From Minisyncoccota bacterium (GTDB lineage Bacteria > Patescibacteriota > Minisyncoccia > Minisyncoccales > JAQTVQ01): a stretch of DNA of 64,000 nt. Positions 23,649 through 31,225 of the stretch are shown here, one piece after another; within the stretch, counting starts at the first letter, position 1, and every line of letters begins with the position of its first letter. A model generated the notes under the pieces. The model did no database searches. It had not been told where the DNA came from and worked only from the letters and a program-made list of their open reading frames with translations. The stretch spans positions 15,313 through 79,312 of the forward strand of contig JBBABZ010000001.1 of assembly GCA_041657385.1 (NCBI GenBank). The letters are read 5' to 3'. A program made the position numbers and the translations under genes.

Positions 23649-25184
23649 ATGCCAAAAATAAAAAAAATATTGATCGCCAACAGGGGAGAGGTGGCCCTGC
23701 GGGTCATCCGAACCTGCAAAGAGATGGGGATCAAAACGGTCGCCCTTTGCCCGATGCCGGGCCAGGAAAAATTCTTTTTGGAAACAAAATTAGCCGATGA
23801 ATATCGATTTTTAAATAAAGAAGGGGCTCAAGGCTATCTAGATGCCAAAAAAATCGTCGAAATAGCGAAAGAGGCAGAAGCCGACGCTATCCATCCGGGC
23901 TATGGCTTCCTTTCCGAAAATTGGAAATTCGCCGAACTTTGCCAAAAAAATAAGATCACCTTCATTGGGCCCAGTCCGGCAATTTTGAAAATTTTTGAGG
24001 ATAAGATCAAGGCTAAAAAATTCGCCAAGCTTGCGGGCCTGCCCACCTTGCCGGCCAGCGCCGGGTCTGTCAAAACCCAAAAAGATCTTATGAAATGGGC
24101 GGAAAAGATCGGCTCTCCTTTTGTTCTCAAAGCCCAGCGCGGCGGCGGGGGGATCGGCATAAGAATTATTGATGGAAAAATCACAGTGAACCAAATCTCC
24201 GAGATCTCTTCCGATATCCAAAGACAGATGTCGGTTTCTTTTGCTGACGCCGATTTCTTTTTGGAAAAATATCTGACCGAAGCCAAGCATATTGAATTTC
24301 AAATTCTAGGCGACGGAAAAAATTTCGTCCATCTGGGAGAAAGGGAATGCACCATCCAAAGAAGATTTCAAAAATTGCTGGAGGAAGCCCCGTCTTCTTT
24401 TCTTGATGAAAAATTAAGGAATAAAATGGGAAGCTTGGCGGTCGGCCTCGCCAAAAAATTAGGATATAAGGGCGCCGCCACGGTGGAATTTTTGATAGAT
24501 AAAAACAAAAATTTTTATTTTATGGAGGTCAATCCGCGGCTTCAAGTAGAGCACCCGATCACCGAAGCCATTACCGGAGTTGATATCGTAGCCCAGCAGA
24601 TAAAGATCAGCCAAGGCGAAGAGCTGGATTTCAAGCAAAAAGATATCCGCTTGAACGGCTGGGCTATAGAGGCCAGGATCAACGCCGAAGATCCCCAAAA
24701 AAAATTCCAGCCCGGGCCGGGCACGGTGCAAAAATACCTGCCGCCGGGAGGCCAGGGAATTTTTATGCATACCTTTTTGCAGCAAGGCCAGAAGATATAT
24801 CCTCATTTTGACTCAATGCTGGCCAAGCTGATCGCCTGCGGCAAAACCCGCCAAGAGGCTATTTCCAGGCTCAACCGCGCCTTGGACGAATTGGTCATAG
24901 AAGGAGTACCCACTACCGCTTCGTTCTTTAAAATCGTCCTCGCGGACAAATGTTTTCTAGGGGGAGATTTTTTTACTAATTTTATTGAACGGGAAGAGAT
25001 CGTTCAAAAACTTGCCGAAGGGCCGGCCCAGATCATCTGCGATTCTTGCGACCTAGACGAAGAAGACATCGCCCAGATCATTTTTCAGGTTTATCAAAAA
25101 ATGAAAAAAGAAAAAAAGACCGGATCACCGCAAAAAATTTCCAACTGGATCTTGTCCCAAAGGCTGAAAATGCTGGACAATTAG
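23649..25184 (+). CDS. accC: Biotin carboxylase subunit of an acyl-CoA carboxylase
   Basis: 511 aa. It reads KILIANRGEVALRVIRTCKEMGI, HPGYGFLSEN, the ATP-grasp segment ERECTIQRRFQKLLEEAP, and MEVNPRLQVEHPITE. Confidence 0.9.
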   Translation: MPKIKKILIANRGEVALRVIRTCKEMGIKTVALCPMPGQEKFFLETKLADEYRFLNKEGAQGYLDAKKIVEIAKEAEADAIHPGYGFLSENWKFAELCQKNKITFIGPSPAILKIFEDKIKAKKFAKLAGLPTLPASAGSVKTQKDLMKWAEKIGSPFVLKAQRGGGGIGIRIIDGKITVNQISEISSDIQRQMSVSFADADFFLEKYLTEAKHIEFQILGDGKNFVHLGERECTIQRRFQKLLEEAPSSFLDEKLRNKMGSLAVGLAKKLGYKGAATVEFLIDKNKNFYFMEVNPRLQVEHPITEAITGVDIVAQQIKISQGEELDFKQKDIRLNGWAIEARINAEDPQKKFQPGPGTVQKYLPPGGQGIFMHTFLQQGQKIYPHFDSMLAKLIACGKTRQEAISRLNRALDELVIEGVPTTASFFKIVLADKCFLGGDFFTNFIEREEIVQKLAEGPAQIICDSCDLDEEDIAQIIFQVYQKMKKEKKTGSPQKISNWILSQRLKMLDN

Positions 25185-25185
25185 C

Positions 25186-25621
25186 TAAATCAAATGTCAA
25201 ATCTCAAAAGTCAAAACCACAGCTTAAATCCTAAAAACGAACTAAAATTTCGCCGTTATCGCTTTTCCATTGATATTATCAATGCCAGCAAAGATTTCCC
25301 GAAAGAACGGACATTTGATATTATCGCCAAACAGTTGCTAAGAAGTTCTACCAGTATAGGCGCGAATATTGTTGAGGTAAAATCTTCAAGCTCCCGCAGG
25401 GATTTTATTAAATTTTATGAAATCGCTCTAAAATCCGCTAATGAAACAAAATATTGGCTTGGACTTTTAAGAGATGGTTTGAATTTTGACGGAGAAAAAA
25501 TAAATATATTCTTGGCTGAAGACGATGAGATATCAAAAATGATCGCCGCGAGCCTAATCACATTAAAAGGTAAAAGGCTTTAATCTATATGGTTTTGAGA
25601 TTTGACTTTTGAGTTTTGAAA
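25186..25621 (+). repeat. Heptamer-hairpin element family C (TCAAAA units), copy C1, carrying an ORF in its loop (IVS-like)
   Basis: The left arm is AAATCAAATGTCAAATCTCAAAAGTCAAAACCACAGC (25188-25224). The right arm is GGTTTTGAGATTTGACTTTTGAGTTTTGAAA (25591-25621). TCAAAACC pairs with GGTTTTGA, then arms match 5 of every 7 nt. Confidence 0.8.
25194..25583 (+). CDS. Four-helix-bundle protein (23S rRNA intervening-sequence protein family)
   Basis: 129 aa. It reads AKQLLRSSTSIGANIVEVKSSSSRRDFIKFYEIALKSANETKYWLGLL, matching the family signature (QL.RS..SI.ANI.EG...S..DF..F..IA.GS..E....L). The start codon and first ~14 codons lie in the repeat arm. Confidence 0.8.
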   Translation: MSNLKSQNHSLNPKNELKFRRYRFSIDIINASKDFPKERTFDIIAKQLLRSSTSIGANIVEVKSSSSRRDFIKFYEIALKSANETKYWLGLLRDGLNFDGEKINIFLAEDDEISKMIAASLITLKGKRL

Positions 25622-25628
25622 TAAGCTT

Positions 25629-26003
25629 ATGAAAATAAAGATCAAAGATAAAATTTACGATATTGAGATTTCCGAATCGCAAGAGGGGATCGTTATGATC
25701 AAGGTTAATGATCAAAATTTTGTTTTCCAAGAAAAAAACACTGTTAAAAATATACCGATCAAAGGGTCTAATGAAAGCGCGAAAATAGCTAAAAAAGAAA
25801 TTAGGGCGCCGATAACGGGAACTATTTCCAAAATTTTTACCAAAGAAGGAGAGATGATCGAACCGGGACAGAAAATTTTAAGCCTTTCGGCCATGAAAAT
25901 GGAAAACGAAATAATTTCCGAAGGCAAAGGCAAGATTAAAAAAATCAATGTAAAGGAAGGGCAGCTGGTAAAGGCGAATGAGCTGCTGGCAGAACTTGAA
26001 TAA
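25629..26003 (+). CDS. accB: Biotin carboxyl carrier protein (short form)
   Basis: 124 aa. It has a biotinyl-lysine motif (LSAMKMENEI) in a lipoyl/biotinyl fold C-terminus. Confidence 0.85.
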   Translation: MKIKIKDKIYDIEISESQEGIVMIKVNDQNFVFQEKNTVKNIPIKGSNESAKIAKKEIRAPITGTISKIFTKEGEMIEPGQKILSLSAMKMENEIISEGKGKIKKINVKEGQLVKANELLAELE

Positions 26004-26005
26004 CT

Positions 26006-26158
26006 GCGTAAATTTTCAATTTACAATTCTCAATTTTCCTGCCTACCGGCAGGCAGGCAATGAATGTTTCAATTTTCAAAAATTCCGTTATCGTCATTGA
26101 AGCATTGGAACATTGTAATTTCATTGGAAATTGAAAATTGTAAATTAAAAATTCACGC
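26006..26158. repeat. Heptamer-hairpin element family D (CAATTTT units), copy D1, with GC palindrome
   Basis: The left arm is GCGTAAATTTTCAATTTACAATTCTCAATTTTC. The palindrome is CCTGCCTACCGGCAGGCAGG (26038-26057). The right arm is GAAATTGAAAATTGTAAATTAAAAATTCACGC. Confidence 0.85.
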
Positions 26159-26160
26159 TT

Positions 26161-26691
26161 ATGATCATAAAATCATTCTCTCAGCTAGATTCTACCAACA
26201 CCAAGGCCAAAGAGCTCGCCCAAAACGGCGCCGCGCCTTGGACTGTTGTCATTGCCGATGAACAAACCAACGGTTATGGCAAAGACCAGCGCGGCTGGTT
26301 TTCTCCAAAAGGCGGCCTTTATTTTTCCATCATCCTTCCTGAAAGCAATATCGACGACCTTCAAACGCTAACCATTTTAGCGGCTTTTGCAGCGGCAAAA
26401 ACAATAATGGAAGAATTCAATTTGCAAACTTTTATCAAGCTGCCGAACGATGTCTGGACGAACAATAAAAAAATAGCGGGCATCCTGACCGAAAACATCA
26501 TTTCCGGAAAAAAAATAAAACATTCGGTCATGGGCATAGGCCTCGATACCAATATTGAAAAATTCCCAAAAGAGTTGGCAAGTATCGCCACTTCGCTTAG
26601 AATAGAGCTAGGCAGGGAAGTGGACGATAAAGACCTAATGGAAAAGATAGTAGGAGAACTTAAAAAACAGTTAGAGACGATAAGCAGATAA
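26161..26691 (+). CDS. birA: Biotin--[acetyl-CoA-carboxylase] ligase, catalytic domain only
   Basis: 176 aa. It reads LDSTNTKAKELA, QTNGYGKDQRGWFSPKGGLYFS and NDVWTNNKKIAGILTE. There is no N-terminal HTH. Confidence 0.85.
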   Translation: MIIKSFSQLDSTNTKAKELAQNGAAPWTVVIADEQTNGYGKDQRGWFSPKGGLYFSIILPESNIDDLQTLTILAAFAAAKTIMEEFNLQTFIKLPNDVWTNNKKIAGILTENIISGKKIKHSVMGIGLDTNIEKFPKELASIATSLRIELGREVDDKDLMEKIVGELKKQLETISR

Positions 26692-26695
26692 ATGG

Positions 26696-26824
26696 CTCAA
26701 AAATCAAATCTCAAAATTCAAAACCACAACTAAAAACCAAAAAGCTAAGCGTTATTTAATAAATTATAAAAAGTTAAAAAGTTTTAAATTATAGTTTTGA
26801 GCTTTGACTTTTAAGTTTTGAATT
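26696..26824. repeat. Heptamer-hairpin element family C, copy C2 (ORF-less)
   Basis: The left arm is CTCAAAAATCAAATCTCAAAATTCAAAACCACAAC and the right arm is AGTTTTGAGCTTTGACTTTTAAGTTTTGAATT. The 67-nt loop retains sequence resembling both ends of the C1 insert. Confidence 0.8.
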
Positions 26825-26832
26825 AGAATACT

Positions 26833-28371
26833 ATGTCTTTTGAAAAACAGATCAAAAAACTAAATGAGGAGATCGCGGCGCTCGACAGTCCGGAGATGGC
26901 TGCCAAACAGCACCAAAAAGGAAAGCTGACGGCGCGGGAAAGGATCGGCATCCTCTTAGACAAAGATAGTTTCGTTGAACTTAATCCATTCGTCCAATCC
27001 CGCTTCAATGATTATGGAATGGACCAAAAAAAATTTCCAGGAGACGCGGTGGTCTCCGGTTTTGGCAAGATCAACGGACGGCAAGTCTGCGTCTACAGCC
27101 AGGACTTTTCTAAAATCGGCGGTTCTTTGGGAGAAATGCACGGCCAAAAAATAATTAACGCCATAAAAATGGCCAGGCAAACCGGCTGCCCGACGATCGG
27201 GATCATCGACAGCGGAGGCGCCCGCATCCAAGAAGGAATAGCCAGCCTTGACGGCTATGCCGGAATTTTCAGGGAGATGGTCAAGGCTTCCGGCATTATT
27301 CCTCAAATTTCAATTATCCTGGGCCCTTCAGCCGGCGGAGCTTCTTACGCCCCCGGACTTTCCGACTTTATTTTTATGGTTGAAGGAATTTCTCAAATGT
27401 ATATCACCGGGCCGGAAGTGATAAAATCCGTAACCGGGGAAAATATTTCTTTTAATGATCTTGGCGGAGCTTCAGTCCACTCTTTGCAAAGCGGATGCGC
27501 CCATTTCGTCTCCCAAAATGAAAACGAATGTTTGGAAGGCGTTAAAAAACTTTTGGGTTATCTGCCGCAAAATAATTTGGAAAATCCTCCGGCTAAAAAC
27601 TCTTTCGGCACGGCCGATCTCTGTCCTAAACTCCTGGAAATAGTACCGGAAGAAGAAGGGAAGGGATACGACATGAAAGAAGTGGTTAAGGAAATTTTCG
27701 ATCTTGATTCTTTTTTTGAAGTCCAAGCCGGATTCGCCCCCAACTCTATTGCCGGCTTTGCCCGCTTAGGAGGGCAAACCGTCGGCATCGCGGCCAATCA
27801 GACCAAATCAATGGCCGGAACCCTGGACGTCAATTCTTCGGATAAGATCGCTAGATTTGTCCGGCTTTGCGATGCTTTTAACATCCCCATCATCAATTTG
27901 ATCGATACCCCCGGATATCTTCCCGGCACCGACCAGGAGCACAAAGGCATTATCCGGCACGGCGCTAAAATCCTGTATGCTTATGCCGAAGCCAGCGTTC
28001 CCAAGATCAGTCTTATTTTAAGAAAAGCCTTCGGCGGAGCCTATATCGCCCTGGCTTCCAAAGAGCTGGGATATGACAAAGTCATTGCCTGGCCTTCCGC
28101 CCAGATCGGAGTGATGGGTCCGAAACAAGCGGTAAAAATAATTTTCCACAGAGAATTGGAAAACAGCCAGGACCCGGACAGGCTTGAAAAAGAAAAAATC
28201 CTCGAACTGTCCGAAACTTTTTTGAGCCCGTGGCAAGCGGCCCGGCTAGGAAAATTAGATTTGATCATCGATCCCCAAGAAACCCGGTCCGTATTATTCA
28301 AACTGCTGGAATCCCTGCTCAACAAACGCGAAAGCAAAGCCCCTAGAAAGCACGGTAATATTCCTCTATAA
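26833..28371 (+). CDS. Acyl-CoA carboxylase carboxyltransferase subunit (PccB/AccD5-like, fused alpha+beta CT)
   Basis: 512 aa. It reads GKLTARERI, GDAVVSGFGKINGRQV, IDSGGARIQEG and AFGGAYIA, typical of propionyl/acetyl-CoA carboxyltransferases. Confidence 0.85.
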   Translation: MSFEKQIKKLNEEIAALDSPEMAAKQHQKGKLTARERIGILLDKDSFVELNPFVQSRFNDYGMDQKKFPGDAVVSGFGKINGRQVCVYSQDFSKIGGSLGEMHGQKIINAIKMARQTGCPTIGIIDSGGARIQEGIASLDGYAGIFREMVKASGIIPQISIILGPSAGGASYAPGLSDFIFMVEGISQMYITGPEVIKSVTGENISFNDLGGASVHSLQSGCAHFVSQNENECLEGVKKLLGYLPQNNLENPPAKNSFGTADLCPKLLEIVPEEEGKGYDMKEVVKEIFDLDSFFEVQAGFAPNSIAGFARLGGQTVGIAANQTKSMAGTLDVNSSDKIARFVRLCDAFNIPIINLIDTPGYLPGTDQEHKGIIRHGAKILYAYAEASVPKISLILRKAFGGAYIALASKELGYDKVIAWPSAQIGVMGPKQAVKIIFHRELENSQDPDRLEKEKILELSETFLSPWQAARLGKLDLIIDPQETRSVLFKLLESLLNKRESKAPRKHGNIPL

Positions 28372-28380
28372 TATCAATAT

Positions 28381-29250
28381 ATGACAAAGATCAGCCTTAT
28401 TGTCGGCCAAAGCGCTTCTCTGCCAAAACAAATAATGGAAAGATATTCTCTGACCATGATCCCTTTTATTGTTGATTGGAAAGCCGATAAGGATAACCTT
28501 GACCCGAAAAGCATTTTTCAAAAAATGGCCGATGCCGAAGCTGGCAATGCAAGCGATCTTCCTAAAACATCCCATCCCGCGCCATGGCTCTTCAAGAAAT
28601 TTTTTGAAGAAAAAATTACAAATTCCGATTCGGTTCTTTTTATTTCTCTAAGCTCGAAGCTGTCAGCCACTTCCGAGGCCGCCTCATTTGGAAAAGAAAT
28701 GCTGAAACCGGGAGATAAAAAAAAGGTTTTTATTTTCGATTGCCAAAATGCCAGCGCCGGAGAAGGCTTGATCGCAATTAAAGTTGCGGAGCTGATCAGT
28801 CAAGGCAGGCCGGTTGAGGAGGCTGTTAAAGAGCTGGAAATATTCAGACAAAAAGTCTGCACCTTGGCCAGCCTTAAAGATTTGAAATGGCTGGAAAAAG
28901 GAGGAAGGATAAGCCATTTAACCAAATCAATATTATCCACTTTCCAAAAACTAGGGATCAGCCTTCTTTTCGGGATTAAAAACGGCCGCGTTGAAGCTGT
29001 TAGCTTGGGTTTTAAACAAAAAACTCAAGCCGCGGTTATTTTCGATTTTTTCAAAAAAAACTGCAAAAAGGGGAAATTCCGAATTGCCATAGCTCACGCT
29101 CAAAACGAGCAGGCCGCAGACGAACTTAAAAATTTGATCCAAAAAAAATGTCCCTCATCTGAAATAATTTTCACCGGGCCGATCGATAATATTATTGGAA
29201 TACATGTCGGACCAGGCGCCCTGATTTGCGCCTGGCATCCGCTAGACTAA
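28381..29250 (+). CDS. DegV-family fatty-acid-binding protein (FakB-like)
   Basis: 289 aa. It reads LPKTSHPAP, SLSSKLSATSEAA and IIGIHVGPGALICAW. Confidence 0.85.
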   Translation: MTKISLIVGQSASLPKQIMERYSLTMIPFIVDWKADKDNLDPKSIFQKMADAEAGNASDLPKTSHPAPWLFKKFFEEKITNSDSVLFISLSSKLSATSEAASFGKEMLKPGDKKKVFIFDCQNASAGEGLIAIKVAELISQGRPVEEAVKELEIFRQKVCTLASLKDLKWLEKGGRISHLTKSILSTFQKLGISLLFGIKNGRVEAVSLGFKQKTQAAVIFDFFKKNCKKGKFRIAIAHAQNEQAADELKNLIQKKCPSSEIIFTGPIDNIIGIHVGPGALICAWHPLD

Positions 29251-29254
29251 TACA

Positions 29255-29935
29255 ATGCCCGCTTCTTATTTTTTAATATCCCTTTTCTCTTACCTGCTCG
29301 GTTCAATACCGGCCGCTATTTTAATTGGAAAACTTTTCACCAAGAAAAATTTTCAAGAAGAGGGAAGCGGCAATCTTGGCGCCACCAACGCTTTAAGAAT
29401 CGTCAGCAAAGAAAAAGGGAAATTCTGGGGAACCGCGGCCTTTCTTGCCGTTTTTCTTTTTGACGCCAGCAAAGCAGTGGCCGCTTGTTTGATCGCAACG
29501 AACTTTATTCCCGATCGGACCGCAGCTTTAACTCTGGCCGCCTTTTTTACCGTTCTTGGCCATAATTATTCATTGTTTTTAAAATTCCGGGGAGGGAGGG
29601 GAGCTGCTTCCTTGCTTGGCGTCCTCTTATTTTTCGATTGGCGCGTCTTTTTAGCTTGGGTTGGAACTTTTTTGGCCGTAGCCGTTATCTTTGAGGCTGT
29701 TGAAAGCAAAAAAATCGACAAAAAAATAGTGGCCAGAGCCGCTAACCGCCAAATTATCGGCCGTCTTGTTGGAGAGGTCTTAGCCCTTATTCCCATCTAC
29801 CTTCTCAATCAAACTCTTTTTTGGCCAACCCTTTTCGCTACGCCATTGATCCTTATCAAACATAAAGAAAGGGTGAAAAGACAGTTGCAAGAGATAGCTG
29901 AAAGCGTAAAGCTAAAAGCGCAAAGCGTAAAGTAA
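29255..29935 (+). CDS. plsY: Glycerol-3-phosphate acyltransferase PlsY (acyl-phosphate dependent)
   Basis: 226 aa. It reads YLLGSIP and GSGNLGATNALR. The last ~11 codons (ESVKLKAQSVK*) are encoded by repeat A8. Confidence 0.85.
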   Translation: MPASYFLISLFSYLLGSIPAAILIGKLFTKKNFQEEGSGNLGATNALRIVSKEKGKFWGTAAFLAVFLFDASKAVAACLIATNFIPDRTAALTLAAFFTVLGHNYSLFLKFRGGRGAASLLGVLLFFDWRVFLAWVGTFLAVAVIFEAVESKKIDKKIVARAANRQIIGRLVGEVLALIPIYLLNQTLFWPTLFATPLILIKHKERVKRQLQEIAESVKLKAQSVK

Positions 29936-30063
29936 CAGCGCCTGCCTGCCGGTAGGCAGGTAAAGCTAAAAGCAACGAACGGATATTTTTAGCTTTACGC
30001 TTTTGTTTTGCGCTTTTCGCTTTGCACTTTACGCTTCCTTGCTTTACGCTTCCTTACGCTTTT
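29900..30063. repeat. Heptamer-hairpin element, family A, copy A8, with GC palindrome
   Basis: Reads GAAAGCGTAAAGCTAAAAGCGCAAAGCGTAAAGTAACAGCG + CCTGCCTGCCGGTAGGCAGG (29941-29960) + TAAAGCTAAAAGCAACGAACGGATATTTTTAGCTTTACGCTTTTGTTTTGCGCTTTTCGCTTTGCACTTTACGCTTCCTTGCTTTACGCTT. Confidence 0.9.
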
Positions 30064-30107
30064 TTGATTTTTTGACGGTTTTCTGATAAAATAACCCTAG
30101 AAATTTC

Positions 30108-30181
30108 GCCCTCGTGGTGTAATGGATAACATGTCTGCCTTCGAAGCAGAAGACTTGCAGGTTCGACTCCTGCCGAGGGCA
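30108..30181 (+). tRNA. tRNA-Arg (anticodon TCG), CCA not encoded
   Basis: Acceptor GCCCTCG/CGAGGGC, D stem GTGT/ACAT, anticodon stem TCTGC/GCAGA with loop CTTCGAA, and T arm GCAGG-TTCGACT-CCTGC. The variable region is 6 nt by my fold. Confidence 0.8.
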
Positions 30182-30220
30182 CGTCCGGTCTTGACCGGAC
30201 GCCCGGTCGGATGACCGGGC
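30182..30220 (+). other. Two consecutive GC-rich hairpins directly after tRNA-Arg
   Basis: CGTCCGGTC-tt-GACCGGACG is followed by CCCGGTC-ggat-GACCGGG. Both share the core CCGGTC...GACCGG. Confidence 0.6.
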
Positions 30221-30263
30221 GGATACTGTTGCCGGCTATTAATTTTTAGGTAGCAACCAAACA

Positions 30264-30671
30264 ATGGTCTTGACTAAAAACAAAAAAAATTTCATTATCT
30301 TAGCGGGAGCCCTGTCTCTGTTTTTGTTTTCCGGAGGTGAAGCCTTAGCCGCTGGGATTGTTCCTTGCGGAGGAACGGATTGCACTCTTTGCGATCTCTT
30401 TAAAATGGTTGAGAACATCGTGAACCAGATATTTTATTATCTGGTTCCATCAATCGCCGTTTTGCTTGTTGTTTATGGCGGATTTTTATTAATTACAGCC
30501 AGGGGAGATGGCAACTCTGAAAATGTGAAAAAAGCTAAAGCCGCTTTAACCGCTGTTGCCGTAGGGTTGCTTATAATTTACGGTTCATATATCGCTGTAA
30601 ATGAAATACTAAGAGCCGTGGGCGTAAAAACAGTCTGGCAGCAAGGGTGGTACCAAATTGATTGCCAGTAA
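30264..30671 (+). CDS. TrbC/VirB2-like T4SS pilin-domain protein (CPR type)
   Basis: 135 aa. A signal peptide is followed by GIVPCGGTDCTLCDLFKMVENIVNQIF, two TM helices flanking GDGNSENVKKAK, and a C-terminal Cys. The same layout recurs at 41.6 kb and 42.7 kb. Confidence 0.65.
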   Translation: MVLTKNKKNFIILAGALSLFLFSGGEALAAGIVPCGGTDCTLCDLFKMVENIVNQIFYYLVPSIAVLLVVYGGFLLITARGDGNSENVKKAKAALTAVAVGLLIIYGSYIAVNEILRAVGVKTVWQQGWYQIDCQ

Positions 30672-30676
30672 AAGAA

Positions 30677-30749
30677 GCCCCTATAGCTCAATTGGTAGAG
30701 CAGTTGCCTCTTAAGCAATTGGTTACAGGTTCGAGTCCTGTTGGGGGCA
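30677..30749 (+). tRNA. tRNA-Lys (anticodon CTT), CCA not encoded
   Basis: Acceptor GCCCCTA/TGGGGGC, D arm GCTC-AATTGGTA-GAGC, anticodon stem GTTGC/GCAAT with loop CTCTTAA, and T arm ACAGG-TTCGAGT-CCTGT. Confidence 0.9.
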
Positions 30750-30959
30750 CAAATTAGGAATTAGCTTGTATAAAATTATTGAATATTTAATAAAGGTCGA
30801 CAATTGAAAAGATTAACTGGGGCATACGATCTGAAACCTGAAATGTTTAGCGATTGCCGCGATCAATGGCTAAAGATCTCAAGTTACAGATTGCGAGTTC
30901 CAGAGACCAAACATTATAGAAAAAGAGAAGATAATAAGAATTAAACAAATACACACAAT

Positions 30960-31220
30960 ATGTTCAAACCAGAAGAAAAAGCCAAGATCATTGGCGAATA
31001 TAAAATTCACGAAACCGATACCGGTTCCGTTGATGTCCAGATCGCCTTGCTGACCGAAGAGATCAAAAGGCTTTTGGAACATTTTAAAACCCACAAAAAA
31101 GACCTTCATTCCAAGCGCGGCCTTTTAAAAATGGTTGCCAAAAGAAGAAAACTTTTAAAAGTTTTAGCTAAGGAAGACGAAAAAAGGCATAGCGCCCTTG
31201 TTAAAAAATTAGGCTTATAA
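30960..31220 (+). CDS. rpsO: 30S ribosomal protein S15
   Basis: 86 aa. It reads HETDTGSVDVQIALLTEEIKRLLEHFKTHKKDLHSKRGLLKMVAKRRKLL. Confidence 0.95.
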   Translation: MFKPEEKAKIIGEYKIHETDTGSVDVQIALLTEEIKRLLEHFKTHKKDLHSKRGLLKMVAKRRKLLKVLAKEDEKRHSALVKKLGL

Positions 31221-31225
31221 AATTG

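Noticed and set aside
26126-26166. Promoter inside the D1 right arm driving birA (TTGTAA-N16-TATGAT)
   Set aside because: The putative -10 would include the birA ATG itself, and BirA homology begins at that ATG. The hexamers are therefore probably fortuitous consequences of the AT-rich heptamers. Only the D2 version is listed, at low confidence.
2524-30063. CRISPR array interpretation of the heptamer arrays, the 38-bp tandem repeat (5389-5477) and the 31-bp units (895-992)
   Set aside because: Units are contiguous with no unique spacers. Repeat lengths of 7 nt are far too short, the arrays are palindromic as a whole, and no cas genes are present in the window.
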